From NCBI GenBank assembly GCA_040005235.1, contig JBDTZG010000005.1:96001-160000 (forward strand): a stretch of DNA of 64,000 nucleotides. The letters run 5' to 3'. Below the pieces are notes generated by a model, which ran no database searches, was not told the DNA's origin, and worked only from the letters and a program-made list of their open reading frames with translations. A program made the translations under genes and the position numbers. Position 1 is the stretch's first letter. Every line of letters begins with the position of its first letter. This DNA comes from Acidobacteriota bacterium (GTDB taxonomy: Bacteria > Acidobacteriota > Thermoanaerobaculia > Multivoradales > UBA5704). This document shows, piece after piece, positions 1 to 8,442 of the stretch.

Positions 1-2
1 AC

Positions 3-548
3 ACCGCCTACCGGATGGCGCGCAATTCGGAGGACGCGGAAGACTTGGTGCAGGAGACATACCTCAAAGCCTACCGCTACTACGACAAGTTCGAAGAAGG
101 TACCAACTTCAAGGCGTGGCTCTTCAAGATCATGAAGAACACGTTCATTAACAACTATCGCAAGAAACAGCTGGCCCCGGCGTTTTCGGACTTCGCCGAT
201 ATCGAGGAGAGCTTCGAGAGCCAGGTGAGCGAGGAAGTCGCGCGCCAGAATCCGAACCCGGAAGAGGAGCTGCTGGAAGACGTGCTCGACGAGGACGTCC
301 AAAAGGCGCTCGAAAAACTACCGCCTGACTACCGAATGGTGGTGATCCTCGCCGATCTCGAAAACTTCTCCTACAAGGAGATCGCCGAGATCCTGGAGGT
401 TCCGGTGGGCACGGTGATGAGCCGTCTTTACCGCGGCCGTCGGCTGCTCGAAGCGGCAATGCTCGAGTTCGCCAAGGGTCACGGCTACCTGCGCGGCGGC
501 GAGCCGACCAAGATGAGAAGCCGGCCCAGTCCGGCGACGTCGAAATGA
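3..548 (+). CDS. ECF sigma factor, SigH/SigR-like (5'-truncated by window edge)
   Basis: Region 2 [14 protein letters not shown]...[15 protein letters not shown] and region 4 [25 protein letters not shown]; frame is open to the window start. Confidence 0.93.
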   Translation, partial: TAYRMARNSEDAEDLVQETYLKAYRYYDKFEEGTNFKAWLFKIMKNTFINNYRKKQLAPAFSDFADIEESFESQVSEEVARQNPNPEEELLEDVLDEDVQKALEKLPPDYRMVVILADLENFSYKEIAEILEVPVGTVMSRLYRGRRLLEAAMLEFAKGHGYLRGGEPTKMRSRPSPATSK

Positions 549-683
549 GGTTTGCCGGAGGCCGCCCCGTGTTGCGGAATTTCCCGAACGCTCTTGGAGT
601 TTTCGCCGGTAGAATCGAGAGAGACCACCGAGCTGACCCTATGTCTTGCCAAATCGATCGAACGATTCCGGGGGACCGAATCG

Positions 684-929
684 ATGGACTGTAAGCGGAT
701 CAGCGAAGTGATCTATCTATTCTTCGACAACGAGTTGGAGGAAGACCTCCTGGCGCCGTTCCAGGCGCATGTCGATCGTTGTCCCGAGTGCGCCCATCAG
801 GTCGGCAAGACTCGGAAGGTTCTGATTCTGGTGCGCGAGCGGTGCGAGCGCTGCTGCGCGCCCGAACACCTGCGGTTGAAGATTCTCACCAGCATGCCTC
901 ACCGCCGCTCTGCGGCCCGCCCCCATTAG
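684..929 (+). CDS. Zinc-binding anti-sigma factor (ZAS, RsrA/RshA-like)
   Basis: MDC...HVDRCPEC (HxxxCxxC) motif directly downstream of the ECF sigma; ATG at 684. Confidence 0.88.
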   Translation: MDCKRISEVIYLFFDNELEEDLLAPFQAHVDRCPECAHQVGKTRKVLILVRERCERCCAPEHLRLKILTSMPHRRSAARPH

Positions 930-942
930 GAGGGCTCATCCC

Positions 943-1413
943 ATGCGTACTTCCTCGCGCTTGCAAGCGCTACTCGTCCTCGGTGTATTTTTAGTGCTCG
1001 TCGTTGGCGCCAACCCGCTTCAGGCCCAGGGTGGCTGGCGTCTTTCCGGAATGGGCGGCGAGAGCCTGTCGGAAGCCGATGTCGGTCAGGGCGCCACGGT
1101 GGTGGTCGTCTGGGCTTCCTGGTCGCCGAAGTCGCGCGACATCGTGGAGCGGGTCAACCAGATCGCCGGCCACTGGTCGGGCAAGGCCCGCGTGGTGACG
1201 GTCTCGTTCCAGGAGGAGAAGGCCGCGGTCTCTAGTTTTCTGGCGGGTAAGGGCTTGAGCGTGCCGGTTTTTCTCGACAGCAACGGCGGTTTTTCGCGAA
1301 AGTATGCGATCGCCACTCTGCCCGGTCTCCTGGTGCTCAAGGACGGCCAAGTGGCATACCGCGGAAAGCTGCCCGAGGATCCAGATGCGGTGATTGCCGA
1401 GCTGGTTCGGTAA
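943..1413 (+). CDS. TlpA/ResA-like thioredoxin-fold exported protein lacking the CxxC cysteines
   Basis: Signal peptide; VVVVWASWSPKS at the WAxWCxxC position; downstream LP near the cis-Pro position; AGGAGG RBS. Confidence 0.8.
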   Translation: MRTSSRLQALLVLGVFLVLVVGANPLQAQGGWRLSGMGGESLSEADVGQGATVVVVWASWSPKSRDIVERVNQIAGHWSGKARVVTVSFQEEKAAVSSFLAGKGLSVPVFLDSNGGFSRKYAIATLPGLLVLKDGQVAYRGKLPEDPDAVIAELVR

Positions 1414-1539
1414 ATTAGGTCTGGAAACGGGTTGCGGGCGGCGGAAGCCGCCTGCTACACTGCCCGTGGTCGCTGACGCCCTGGTCTCGGCCGCCCTTCA
1501 ATTCCGCCTTCAGAGACGGCGAGGAGGACCCCCGGCCGG

Positions 1540-2934
1540 ATGGCATTCCATAGGCGTCACGCCCTCTCCGTATTGCGATTGGCGGTGCCGGTCGGACTGG
1601 CGCTCGTCGGCTGGATGCTCAGCGTTTCCACCAACCGGTTGGAAGCCTATAATCGCTCGCCGTTCCCGGTAACCTCCATTCCCGCCTTCCGCGAGGAGTT
1701 CGCCCCGCGGCTCGCTTCTCCGACCGCCACGTCGCGATGGCTCGATCGCGCCCGGGTCCCGGTCGAATATTCGCTGAACCGCGGCGAGACCGTCCCTACG
1801 CTGTTCACACGCTTAGGCCTTGAAGGGGCGGACGCCGAGCAGGCGGTCGCCGCTTTTTCTCGCGATCTCGACCCCCGTCGGCTGCGCGCCGGCAACCGGT
1901 TTTCTGCATATTTTGGGCCACGGGCGACTTTGGCCGGCCTCGACCTTACGGTGTCGGGCGTGGGGCGGCTCGAAATGGCAAGGGGCACCAGCGGCTGGAA
2001 GTCCCGGTGGCGGGATTTCGCCCGCACCTCTCGGCTCCGCGTGGTCCGCGGCTCAATCGACGGCGCGTTCGACTCGTCGGTCCAGGCGGCCGGCGGCCCG
2101 CCGTCGCTAGCCTATCGGATCGCCGAAATTCTCCAATGGGACGTCGATTTCGCGCGCGATCTCCATCGTGGCGATCGGTTCGAAGCGCTGTACGAAGAGG
2201 TGCTCGTCGACGGCAAACCCTACGGAGTGCAGAAGGTGATCGCGGTCGCCTACGAGGGCGATGGTGGCCGGAAAGAGGCGATCCGTTTCGGTACGGACGG
2301 CACTTTTTACGACGGCGAAGGCCAGCCTCTGCGCAAAATGTTTCTGCGCTCGCCGCTGCGTTACTCCCACATCACCTCGCGCTTCAGCATGCGCCGGTTC
2401 CATCCGGTGCTCGGCGTCTTTCGGCCGCACTATGGGATCGACTATGGAGCCCCGATCGGCACGCCGGTCCAATCCACGGCGGGCGGCGTGGTCGTCTCCG
2501 CGGGTTTCGAGCGAGGGGGCGGCAACGTGGTGAAGGTCCGCCATGCGGACGATTACGTGACGGCCTACCTGCATCTTTCGCGGTTCGGCAGCGGCATTCG
2601 GCCGGGAGCGCGGGTCCATCAGGGCGACACCATCGCTTACACCGGAATGACCGGTCTCGCGACCGGACCGCACCTCGACTACCGGGTTCAGCATCAAGGG
2701 CGCTGGATCGACCCGCTCTCGCTCACCAGCGTCCGAGATCAGGATCTGCCGTCCCGCCAGCTCGCGTCGTTCCGCGGTTGGCGGAACGAGGTGCGTCGGG
2801 CATGGGTCTCCGGTCAGGTCGACCGGCTGGGGGGCGCCCTGGGCCTGCCGGCTCCGCTATCCGGGGCGCCGCAGATGGCGGGCCGACGCGTTCCGGCCGG
2901 TAGTACGGCGACCCCGGTCGTCGTCGCTCGCTAG
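1540..2934 (+). CDS. M23 family peptidoglycan DD-endopeptidase (MepM-like)
   Basis: HYGIDYGAP, YLHLS and TGPHLDY zinc motifs; N-terminal membrane anchor. Confidence 0.92.
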   Translation: MAFHRRHALSVLRLAVPVGLALVGWMLSVSTNRLEAYNRSPFPVTSIPAFREEFAPRLASPTATSRWLDRARVPVEYSLNRGETVPTLFTRLGLEGADAEQAVAAFSRDLDPRRLRAGNRFSAYFGPRATLAGLDLTVSGVGRLEMARGTSGWKSRWRDFARTSRLRVVRGSIDGAFDSSVQAAGGPPSLAYRIAEILQWDVDFARDLHRGDRFEALYEEVLVDGKPYGVQKVIAVAYEGDGGRKEAIRFGTDGTFYDGEGQPLRKMFLRSPLRYSHITSRFSMRRFHPVLGVFRPHYGIDYGAPIGTPVQSTAGGVVVSAGFERGGGNVVKVRHADDYVTAYLHLSRFGSGIRPGARVHQGDTIAYTGMTGLATGPHLDYRVQHQGRWIDPLSLTSVRDQDLPSRQLASFRGWRNEVRRAWVSGQVDRLGGALGLPAPLSGAPQMAGRRVPAGSTATPVVVAR

Positions 2935-2942
2935 GGCGTAAC

Positions 2943-3926
2943 ATGCGCTGTCTCGCCTGGTGCCGCGTAGATCTGGCGGGCGGAACGCTCGACATCTGGC
3001 CGCTCGGGTTGGCGTTTCCCGGCGCCCGGACGGTGAACGTCGCGATCGACGTCGCGGTGCGCCTAACGCTGGTTCCGAGTCCTGACGGGCACTATCAGGT
3101 CCGCCAGTCGGGGACCGAGATCGTCGCCCCTTCTCTTTCCGCTCTCTCCGCGCGGCAAGACTCGGCGTTGATTGGTGTCTTTGCCGAAGCTCTCGACCTG
3201 CCCCCTTTTTGCTTGGATCTCGCGAGCGACTCGCCGCGCGGCGGGGGATTGGGCGGCAGCTCGGCGATCGGTGTTGCGTTTCTTGCTCTCGCCGAGGAGG
3301 TTTTCGACCTGCCGCGCTCCTCGGCCGCCGAGCGAACCCACCTCGCGCGCGACCTCGAAGCCCGGTTGATGGGTCTGCCGACCGGCCTTCAAGATCACTA
3401 CCCCGCTTTGTTGGGCGGAGCGCTCGAGATTCTGCACCGGCCCGGTGGGGAACAGGTTCGCCGACTCGCGGTGGATCTCGATGCGCTGTCGGATCACCTG
3501 TTGTTGGTCGACACGGGTGCGAGCCATTTCTCGGCCGGCCAGAACTGGCAGGTCGTCCGCCGCTGCCTGGAAAAGGACCCCGAGGTCTGCTCCGCACTAG
3601 GTGAGATCGCCGAGGTGGCCGAAGCGATGGCCGAGGCGCTCGAACGAAACGATTTTCCCCAGGCCGGCCGCCTGCTGCGCCGCGAATGGCAGGCGCGCAG
3701 CCGTTTGGCGGAGGGGATCTCGACCCCGAAGATCGAAGAACTTCTCGATCGCTCGGCGGCGCTCGGTGGCTGGGGAGGCAAGGCGTGTGGAGCGGGGGCC
3801 GGCGGCTGCGTCGCGCTGCTCGTTCCGGCCGAAAGGAAAGAACAGATCGCAGCCGAGATGGAGAAGTCGGGCGGTCGCGTAGTTCCCGCCCGCGCGGTCG
3901 CGGGGCCGCTCGAGCTGTTCGATTAG
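2943..3926 (+). CDS. GHMP-family sugar kinase (HddA / heptose-7-phosphate kinase-like)
   Basis: RVDLAGGTLD, PRGGGLGGSSA, TGLQD and GKACGAGAGGC motifs. Confidence 0.85.
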   Translation: MRCLAWCRVDLAGGTLDIWPLGLAFPGARTVNVAIDVAVRLTLVPSPDGHYQVRQSGTEIVAPSLSALSARQDSALIGVFAEALDLPPFCLDLASDSPRGGGLGGSSAIGVAFLALAEEVFDLPRSSAAERTHLARDLEARLMGLPTGLQDHYPALLGGALEILHRPGGEQVRRLAVDLDALSDHLLLVDTGASHFSAGQNWQVVRRCLEKDPEVCSALGEIAEVAEAMAEALERNDFPQAGRLLRREWQARSRLAEGISTPKIEELLDRSAALGGWGGKACGAGAGGCVALLVPAERKEQIAAEMEKSGGRVVPARAVAGPLELFD

Positions 3927-3951
3927 GCCCCTCCAAGAGCCAAAAACACGA

Positions 3952-3983
3952 AAGCCGGCCGGACCTTTCGGTCGAGCCGGCTT
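3952..3983. terminator. Hairpin between convergent genes (likely bidirectional terminator)
   Basis: AAGCCGGC...GACC-TTTC-GGTC...GCCGGCTT inverted repeat. Confidence 0.65.
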
Positions 3984-4007
3984 CGGATTCTCAAATTCCG
4001 GAAGGGG

Positions 4008-5399
4008 TCAGCGGTTCTTGGCGCGCTGCGCCAGGATCTGCTCCGCCTGTTCGCTGGTCATGTTCGGACCGAGGGTGATGCTCAGAACGTCCGTCCAGCC
4101 GTTCGCGGTGGATTCGCGGTAGAGAATCTTGTCGTCCTGCAACCAACTGACGATCAGGGAATCGCCGTGGGTCGAGGTGTAAATGCTAGGCACGGCGTCG
4201 CCGGTGTCCGGAACCGGAAGATCGACGGCGGTATGGAGCGCAAGCGCATGCCCCGGGTTTTCCACCGCCGGCTCGGCCGTCGGCGTCGCCATGACCTCGG
4301 CGATCCGGTAGGCCAAGTTTTGCTGGCGTCCGCCACGCCCGCCTAAGGCGTCCGCACCAATCTCGATGATCTGAGAACGGATAGCGTCGGCAAGGCGGCG
4401 AACTTGACCCGGAGCATAACGGCTTCCAATCTCGATGATCTGGGAGCGAATTTGTTCCGCAAGGAAACCTCTGATGCTCGGATGAAGGGTACTTCCAATC
4501 TCGATGATCTGCGAACGTATCGCATCGGCGAGTAGCGAAACCGGAGTCGGGATTCGGGGAAAAGTGAGGATCTTTGCGCGCACCCGAGCCGCGATGTCCG
4601 ATAGATCGACTGGCATTACATCGATCTCTACCGTATTCAGGCGCTCGGTCTGTGAGTTCACGAACGTCGCAACCGTGGAACCTTCGTCGCCAAGCTGAAT
4701 GGATGGCGCGTGGAGAAGCGACCCGGTCGGAATGTCGAGGACTCTATCGCCACCCCCTTCCGCCAGATCGTCCAACAAGAAGACGGGGTTCCAACCAAGG
4801 TAAACGCCGTCGATCAAGATGACCGGTGCGTAAACAGCGCGGTCCTCCGCCCCCGTCGTTTCCCACCAGACGGTCTCAACGATGGTTCGATAGTGACGCT
4901 CGGGAGCACCGGCGGCGCCTGTGAGCTCGAAGGTATCCCGGCTCACTGCAATCCGAGGGAAACTTTTGAAGCTATACCGGTCGCCGGAGATCTGAACTAC
5001 GTCACCAAACTCGCCATCCGTGAGGTTCGTCAGATAGAGAACGGAATGGAGAGGGTTGATGCGGCTCTCCCAGACCAGAAAAATACTCTTCGACGACTCC
5101 TCGAAGAACAAGGAGGGAGAACTCTCGATATCGTTGCCACCGGTTCCTGGAACGAGCATCCGCTGCGTGGTCGGTCCGTCGGTTCCAGGTCGCGTCAGGT
5201 CCAGGGCGAGCACCACGACATCGGTCTGAGCAAAGGCGGCGCTGGGAAACAGGTCTCGATACACCCCGGCCTGCACTCGATACAATTCGCCGTTCGAACC
5301 CAGTGCGACATCGTGCGCGTCGGCACGAACCGGCGCTAAAGCCGCGAGTCCGATGACAAGAAGGATCTGGATGGTTCGTTGCATCTTCATCGATCTCAC
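4008..5399 (-). CDS. Secreted hypothetical protein with three 23-aa-spaced IRSQIIEIG motifs
   Basis: Sec signal peptide (MKMQRTIQILLVIGLAALAPVRADA); GTG start overlaps the TPR gene stop (GTGA). Confidence 0.85.
   Translation of the reverse strand: MRSMKMQRTIQILLVIGLAALAPVRADAHDVALGSNGELYRVQAGVYRDLFPSAAFAQTDVVVLALDLTRPGTDGPTTQRMLVPGTGGNDIESSPSLFFEESSKSIFLVWESRINPLHSVLYLTNLTDGEFGDVVQISGDRYSFKSFPRIAVSRDTFELTGAAGAPERHYRTIVETVWWETTGAEDRAVYAPVILIDGVYLGWNPVFLLDDLAEGGGDRVLDIPTGSLLHAPSIQLGDEGSTVATFVNSQTERLNTVEIDVMPVDLSDIAARVRAKILTFPRIPTPVSLLADAIRSQIIEIGSTLHPSIRGFLAEQIRSQIIEIGSRYAPGQVRRLADAIRSQIIEIGADALGGRGGRQQNLAYRIAEVMATPTAEPAVENPGHALALHTAVDLPVPDTGDAVPSIYTSTHGDSLIVSWLQDDKILYRESTANGWTDVLSITLGPNMTSEQAEQILAQRAKNR
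4356..4532 (-). repeat. Three coding repeats LA(D/E)(A/Q)IRSQIIEIG at 69-nt period
   Basis: Plus-strand CCAATCTCGATGATCTG recurs; Gly codons at 4356, 4425 and 4494. Confidence 0.95.
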
Positions 5400-6316
5400 G
5401 CTTTCAGGTTGATCAGCTTGCGGACATCGATTGCGAGCAGGAAGTCCGGAAGATAACGGTCATTCGGGAAGAATCGTTCTTGAAGGTCGAGGAAATGCTC
5501 GTGCGCGACGCCGGAGTCGTGAGCGAGATTCGCGGCCTCTCCCAGCAGGTATAGGGCATTCTTGACGACGTCGTTATCGCCTACGCTCTCTGCAATCTGC
5601 AGCGCAATAAGGCCATGTCGGTAGGCCGCGCGATAGCGACCCACTTCAAGTAGTGCAAAGCAGAGGCTCATATGAGGCCCACGCTCAAATCCGCGAGCGC
5701 CCAGGGAACGCAGCGTCCGGAGCGACTGGTAGAGATCACGAAAGCCGTCGGCAAAGCGTCCTTCGACGGTTCGACAGTATCCGAGGTTCTCGAGTATGAG
5801 CGCACGCTCCAGTTTTCGTTCTGAAGGCATCAGTTTCAACGCCTGTTCGTACTCCGCCAGGGCCTGGTCGAAATAGCTCTCGGCGGCCAGGATGTTCCCG
5901 ATGCTGTTGTGCGAGACGGCCTTCCAATCATCGCGACCGAGAACTACGGCTCGATCCAACGAAATCCGGGCGTAGAAAAGGCCCTTCTTGAAGGCCTTTC
6001 GAAGCTCGTGGGCGTGTGCCAGGTTGTAGGCTGCGAGCCAGCAGTTTTCGAGGTCGGTATTGCGCATAAGGATCTCGCGCAACCGGATCAGATCGCCATC
6101 CGAGATCGCCCCGGTCTCGATTTCGACCGCGGCAAGGTTGCAGAAGGCGCGGTCGATCAGGCGTTCCTCGCCATCCTCGCGCGCCCGAACGAGCGCTTCG
6201 TCGAAGAGACGGTGGGCGACTTCCAGGTCGCCTTGATTCAGGGACTTGAGGCCCCGCTCGCGCAGGATTTCGTAGGTAGCGGTCGTTTCGATCAGATCCA
6301 TCGTAGAGATCCCCAC
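5396..6316 (-). CDS. Stand-alone tetratricopeptide repeat (TPR) protein
   Basis: Repeated helical TPR pattern (AFCNLAAVE, AAYNLAHAH, SHNSIGNIL, ILENLGYCR, ALYLLGEAA); alternative ATG at 6301. Confidence 0.88.
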   Translation of the reverse strand: MGISTMDLIETTATYEILRERGLKSLNQGDLEVAHRLFDEALVRAREDGEERLIDRAFCNLAAVEIETGAISDGDLIRLREILMRNTDLENCWLAAYNLAHAHELRKAFKKGLFYARISLDRAVVLGRDDWKAVSHNSIGNILAAESYFDQALAEYEQALKLMPSERKLERALILENLGYCRTVEGRFADGFRDLYQSLRTLRSLGARGFERGPHMSLCFALLEVGRYRAAYRHGLIALQIAESVGDNDVVKNALYLLGEAANLAHDSGVAHEHFLDLQERFFPNDRYLPDFLLAIDVRKLINLKA

Positions 6317-6688
6317 TCACTCACCCGACTCGTCGGAGCGACGTTCGAGCTGCTCTCGTTTGAAGGCTACGAAATCCTCGACCTCGCGCTGTGCGGCCTC
6401 GTCCAGGCTGCTCAGGTCGCGGGCGACGCGGAGCGCACGGGTCGAAGCCTCGTTGGCTTGATTCACCTCGTCGAAGAACTCACCGATCGAGAGCTTGAAC
6501 TCGGCGACGATGCGGAACAGGGTGTCCAGGCTCACCCGGTACTCACCCTTCTCCATGCGGGAAAGGTCGGACTGCTGGATGCCGAGACGGGAAGAGAGCT
6601 CCACCTGCGTCAACTTATGGTCGCGACGGAGCTGCCGTATCTTCCGGCCGACGAGCTGGACCTGGCGAATCTTGGGCGAAGCGATCAT
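6317..6688 (-). CDS. XRE-family helix-turn-helix transcriptional regulator
   Basis: VGRKIRQLRRDHKLTQVELSSRLGIQQSDLSRMEKGEYRVSLDTL; its stop abuts the TPR start. Confidence 0.93.
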   Translation of the reverse strand: MIASPKIRQVQLVGRKIRQLRRDHKLTQVELSSRLGIQQSDLSRMEKGEYRVSLDTLFRIVAEFKLSIGEFFDEVNQANEASTRALRVARDLSSLDEAAQREVEDFVAFKREQLERRSDESGE

Positions 6689-6712
6689 GTCGACTCATCT
6701 CACTCGGAGCGG

Positions 6713-6731
6713 CTATGTCAAAATGGCATAG
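6713..6731. promoter_or_regulatory. Candidate operator palindrome CTATGTCA-AAA-TGGCATAG
   Basis: 8-bp inverted repeat with 1 mismatch, located between the promoter and the HTH start codon. Confidence 0.55.
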
Positions 6732-6750
6732 AGACGCCGGTTTGGATGGA

Positions 6751-6779
6751 AGAATACCGCCGGAATGGACAGACGTCAA
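6751..6779 (-). promoter_or_regulatory. Sigma70-type promoter for the HTH-TPR-secreted protein operon
   Basis: TTGACG-N17-TATTCT on the minus strand. Confidence 0.7.
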
Positions 6780-6803
6780 TCGATGCGTCGGTGAACGGGA
6801 AGA

Positions 6804-6828
6804 GCCGTGCCCGAAAGCCGGGCACGGC
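6804..6828 (-). terminator. Terminator hairpin after the peptide gene
   Basis: Perfect 10-bp stem GCCGTGCCCG/CGGGCACGGC about 10 nt after the stop, followed by TCTTCCCGTT. Confidence 0.7.
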
Positions 6829-6838
6829 CAAAGGCGGA

Positions 6839-6985
6839 CTAGCCGATATCGACGATATGCGCGCCGATGTCGGAGGGCGGCGGCGCCGGGTTACCGAGAT
6901 CGATGATCTGGGCGTGAATTCCACCGGCCACGGCGTCCAGCCGGGCTGGAGCGAAACGGGTGCTGCGGGGGGTAGCTTTCTTCAT
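6839..6985 (-). CDS. 48-aa putative signalling/precursor peptide MKKATPRSTRFAPARLDAVAGG-IHAQIIDLGNPAPPPSDIGAHIVDIG
   Basis: AAGGGAAGG RBS before ATG 6985; downstream terminator; LDAVAGG double-glycine-like site; two copies of the motif also found in the 4008-5399 protein. Confidence 0.75.
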   Translation of the reverse strand: MKKATPRSTRFAPARLDAVAGGIHAQIIDLGNPAPPPSDIGAHIVDIG

Positions 6986-7299
6986 GAATGGCCTTCCCTT
7001 CGTGTTCGGCCAGGGGCGATTCCCCGAGCCGAGCTGCATAGCGCTCGCGCGCCTAATGGTACTGTACGGATCAGTCGGCTGAAGCGTTTTAGATCCAAAC
7101 AAGGGGTAGATCCCGGCGCACTTCTCAACCGCTCCGCATCTGTAGACTCCAATGCGGGGAACCGGCGGCGACACGGGTCTCAATGTCTGGGGAGTCTCAG
7201 TCTGCGAGGACCGGCGAATTGCGCTCGCTTGCCGGCGCGAGAGGTGACGGAAGTGCTCCGAGACCAACACGTGGTCACCCGGTCGGTCACAGCACCGTT

Positions 7300-7890
7300 C
7301 GAAGCCCAGAAGGGACTTCTGGCGGCCTGCGGAATTCTTCTTGGGCTGAGCGAAAAGCTCCGCTTCTAGAGCGGAGAACTCCGGGTCTTGGGCGGAAATC
7401 TCCTGGCGTTCGGCGGAATTCTCCCCGGACTCCCCGAAACGCTCCGTGGATTCCCCGGAACTCTCCTCGAGCTCGCAGGAAAACTCCTCCTGTTCGGAGG
7501 AATGCACCTTGTCCTACGCGGAATCATCCGGAGATCCCACGGTGTACTCCGCCAGGGTAACGGCCTTTTCCGGTGATTTAGAGGAGCATTCCGGAGAGCC
7601 GGAGGAGTTTTCCTGAGAGCCAGAGGAAGCATCCTGTGGATCAGAGGTGCCTTCCTGGAATCCAAAGTAGCCTTCCTCGGAAGTCCAGGGGTGGTCCTGG
7701 AGTCCGGCGGGATATACCGCGAAAACGACGGAGCTTTCCTGCCAACCCAGGGATCATTCCGCTGAAGGCGATTTGTTTTCCGCTGAGTTTAAGGAGCGTT
7801 CCGCGCACCCTACAGGCCGATCCGTTGCTTGACCGGAGCGTTCCGCGCATTCTCCGCAGTCTTCCCGATTTCTGGGTGCTATTCTTCTCG
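7300..7890. repeat. Degenerate 21-nt (heptad) periodic tract
   Basis: Translations on both strands show RxxP every 7 aa (RKAPLIH RMLPLAL RKTPPAL RNAPLNH...; RCLPGIQ SSLPRKS RGGPGVR...); boundaries approximate. Confidence 0.7.
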
Positions 7891-7931
7891 GCCAAGAACA
7901 CAGATCGTTTCTTCCGAGAAAGGAGTTCCCG

Positions 7932-8300
7932 ATGGGCATCAAGTCCTACGCAGCCCGGTTGGACCGGTGGCAGAGCATGGTTCAGAACATCCAAGAAGTG
8001 CTCGGGGACCTTCCCGGAGTTGATGCGACCTTCGCGCTCGCCCGGCAGAAAGTCGCCGATTTGCGCGAGACGCAATCCGACTTGCAGCGCCTGGAGGGCC
8101 AGAGAAAAGAGGGCGTGGTCCGTCGCCGCCAGCTCGACCGGGAGGCCGAACAGGCGATCCGCCGGCTCTCAGCCCTCGCCCGCGCCCACATGGGGTTCTC
8201 CAACCCGGCGCTCGAAGCGTTCGGCGTCCGGTCCGAGGACCGCGGTCGCCGCGCTCGGAGCATCAAGGAGCCGGCGAAGGCCGAAGCGGCGCTGTCCTGA
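7932..8300 (+). CDS. Small alpha-helical/coiled-coil hypothetical protein
   Basis: AAGGAG RBS; amphipathic helices; LEAFGV followed by a basic tail. Confidence 0.75.
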   Translation: MGIKSYAARLDRWQSMVQNIQEVLGDLPGVDATFALARQKVADLRETQSDLQRLEGQRKEGVVRRRQLDREAEQAIRRLSALARAHMGFSNPALEAFGVRSEDRGRRARSIKEPAKAEAALS

Positions 8301-8442
8301 CCCGACGGCGGGGTTGGCGCGCCCGGAAATGGCCGGCACCTGTAAACTCCGCCGCCGTGACCAGAATTTCCCCACGGTTCGACACGCTTCGGGCGTCTGA
8401 GGTTAGACGCTCCGGGTCCCTCGTGAATTCGGCCGCCGCCCG

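Noticed and set aside
5909-7369. 486-aa plus-strand ORF
   Set aside because: Antisense shadow of the TPR, HTH and peptide genes; no recognisable motifs
6986-7507. N-terminal extension making a 222-aa ORF
   Set aside because: Runs through degenerate repeat DNA; a good RBS and ATG at 6985 define the short peptide
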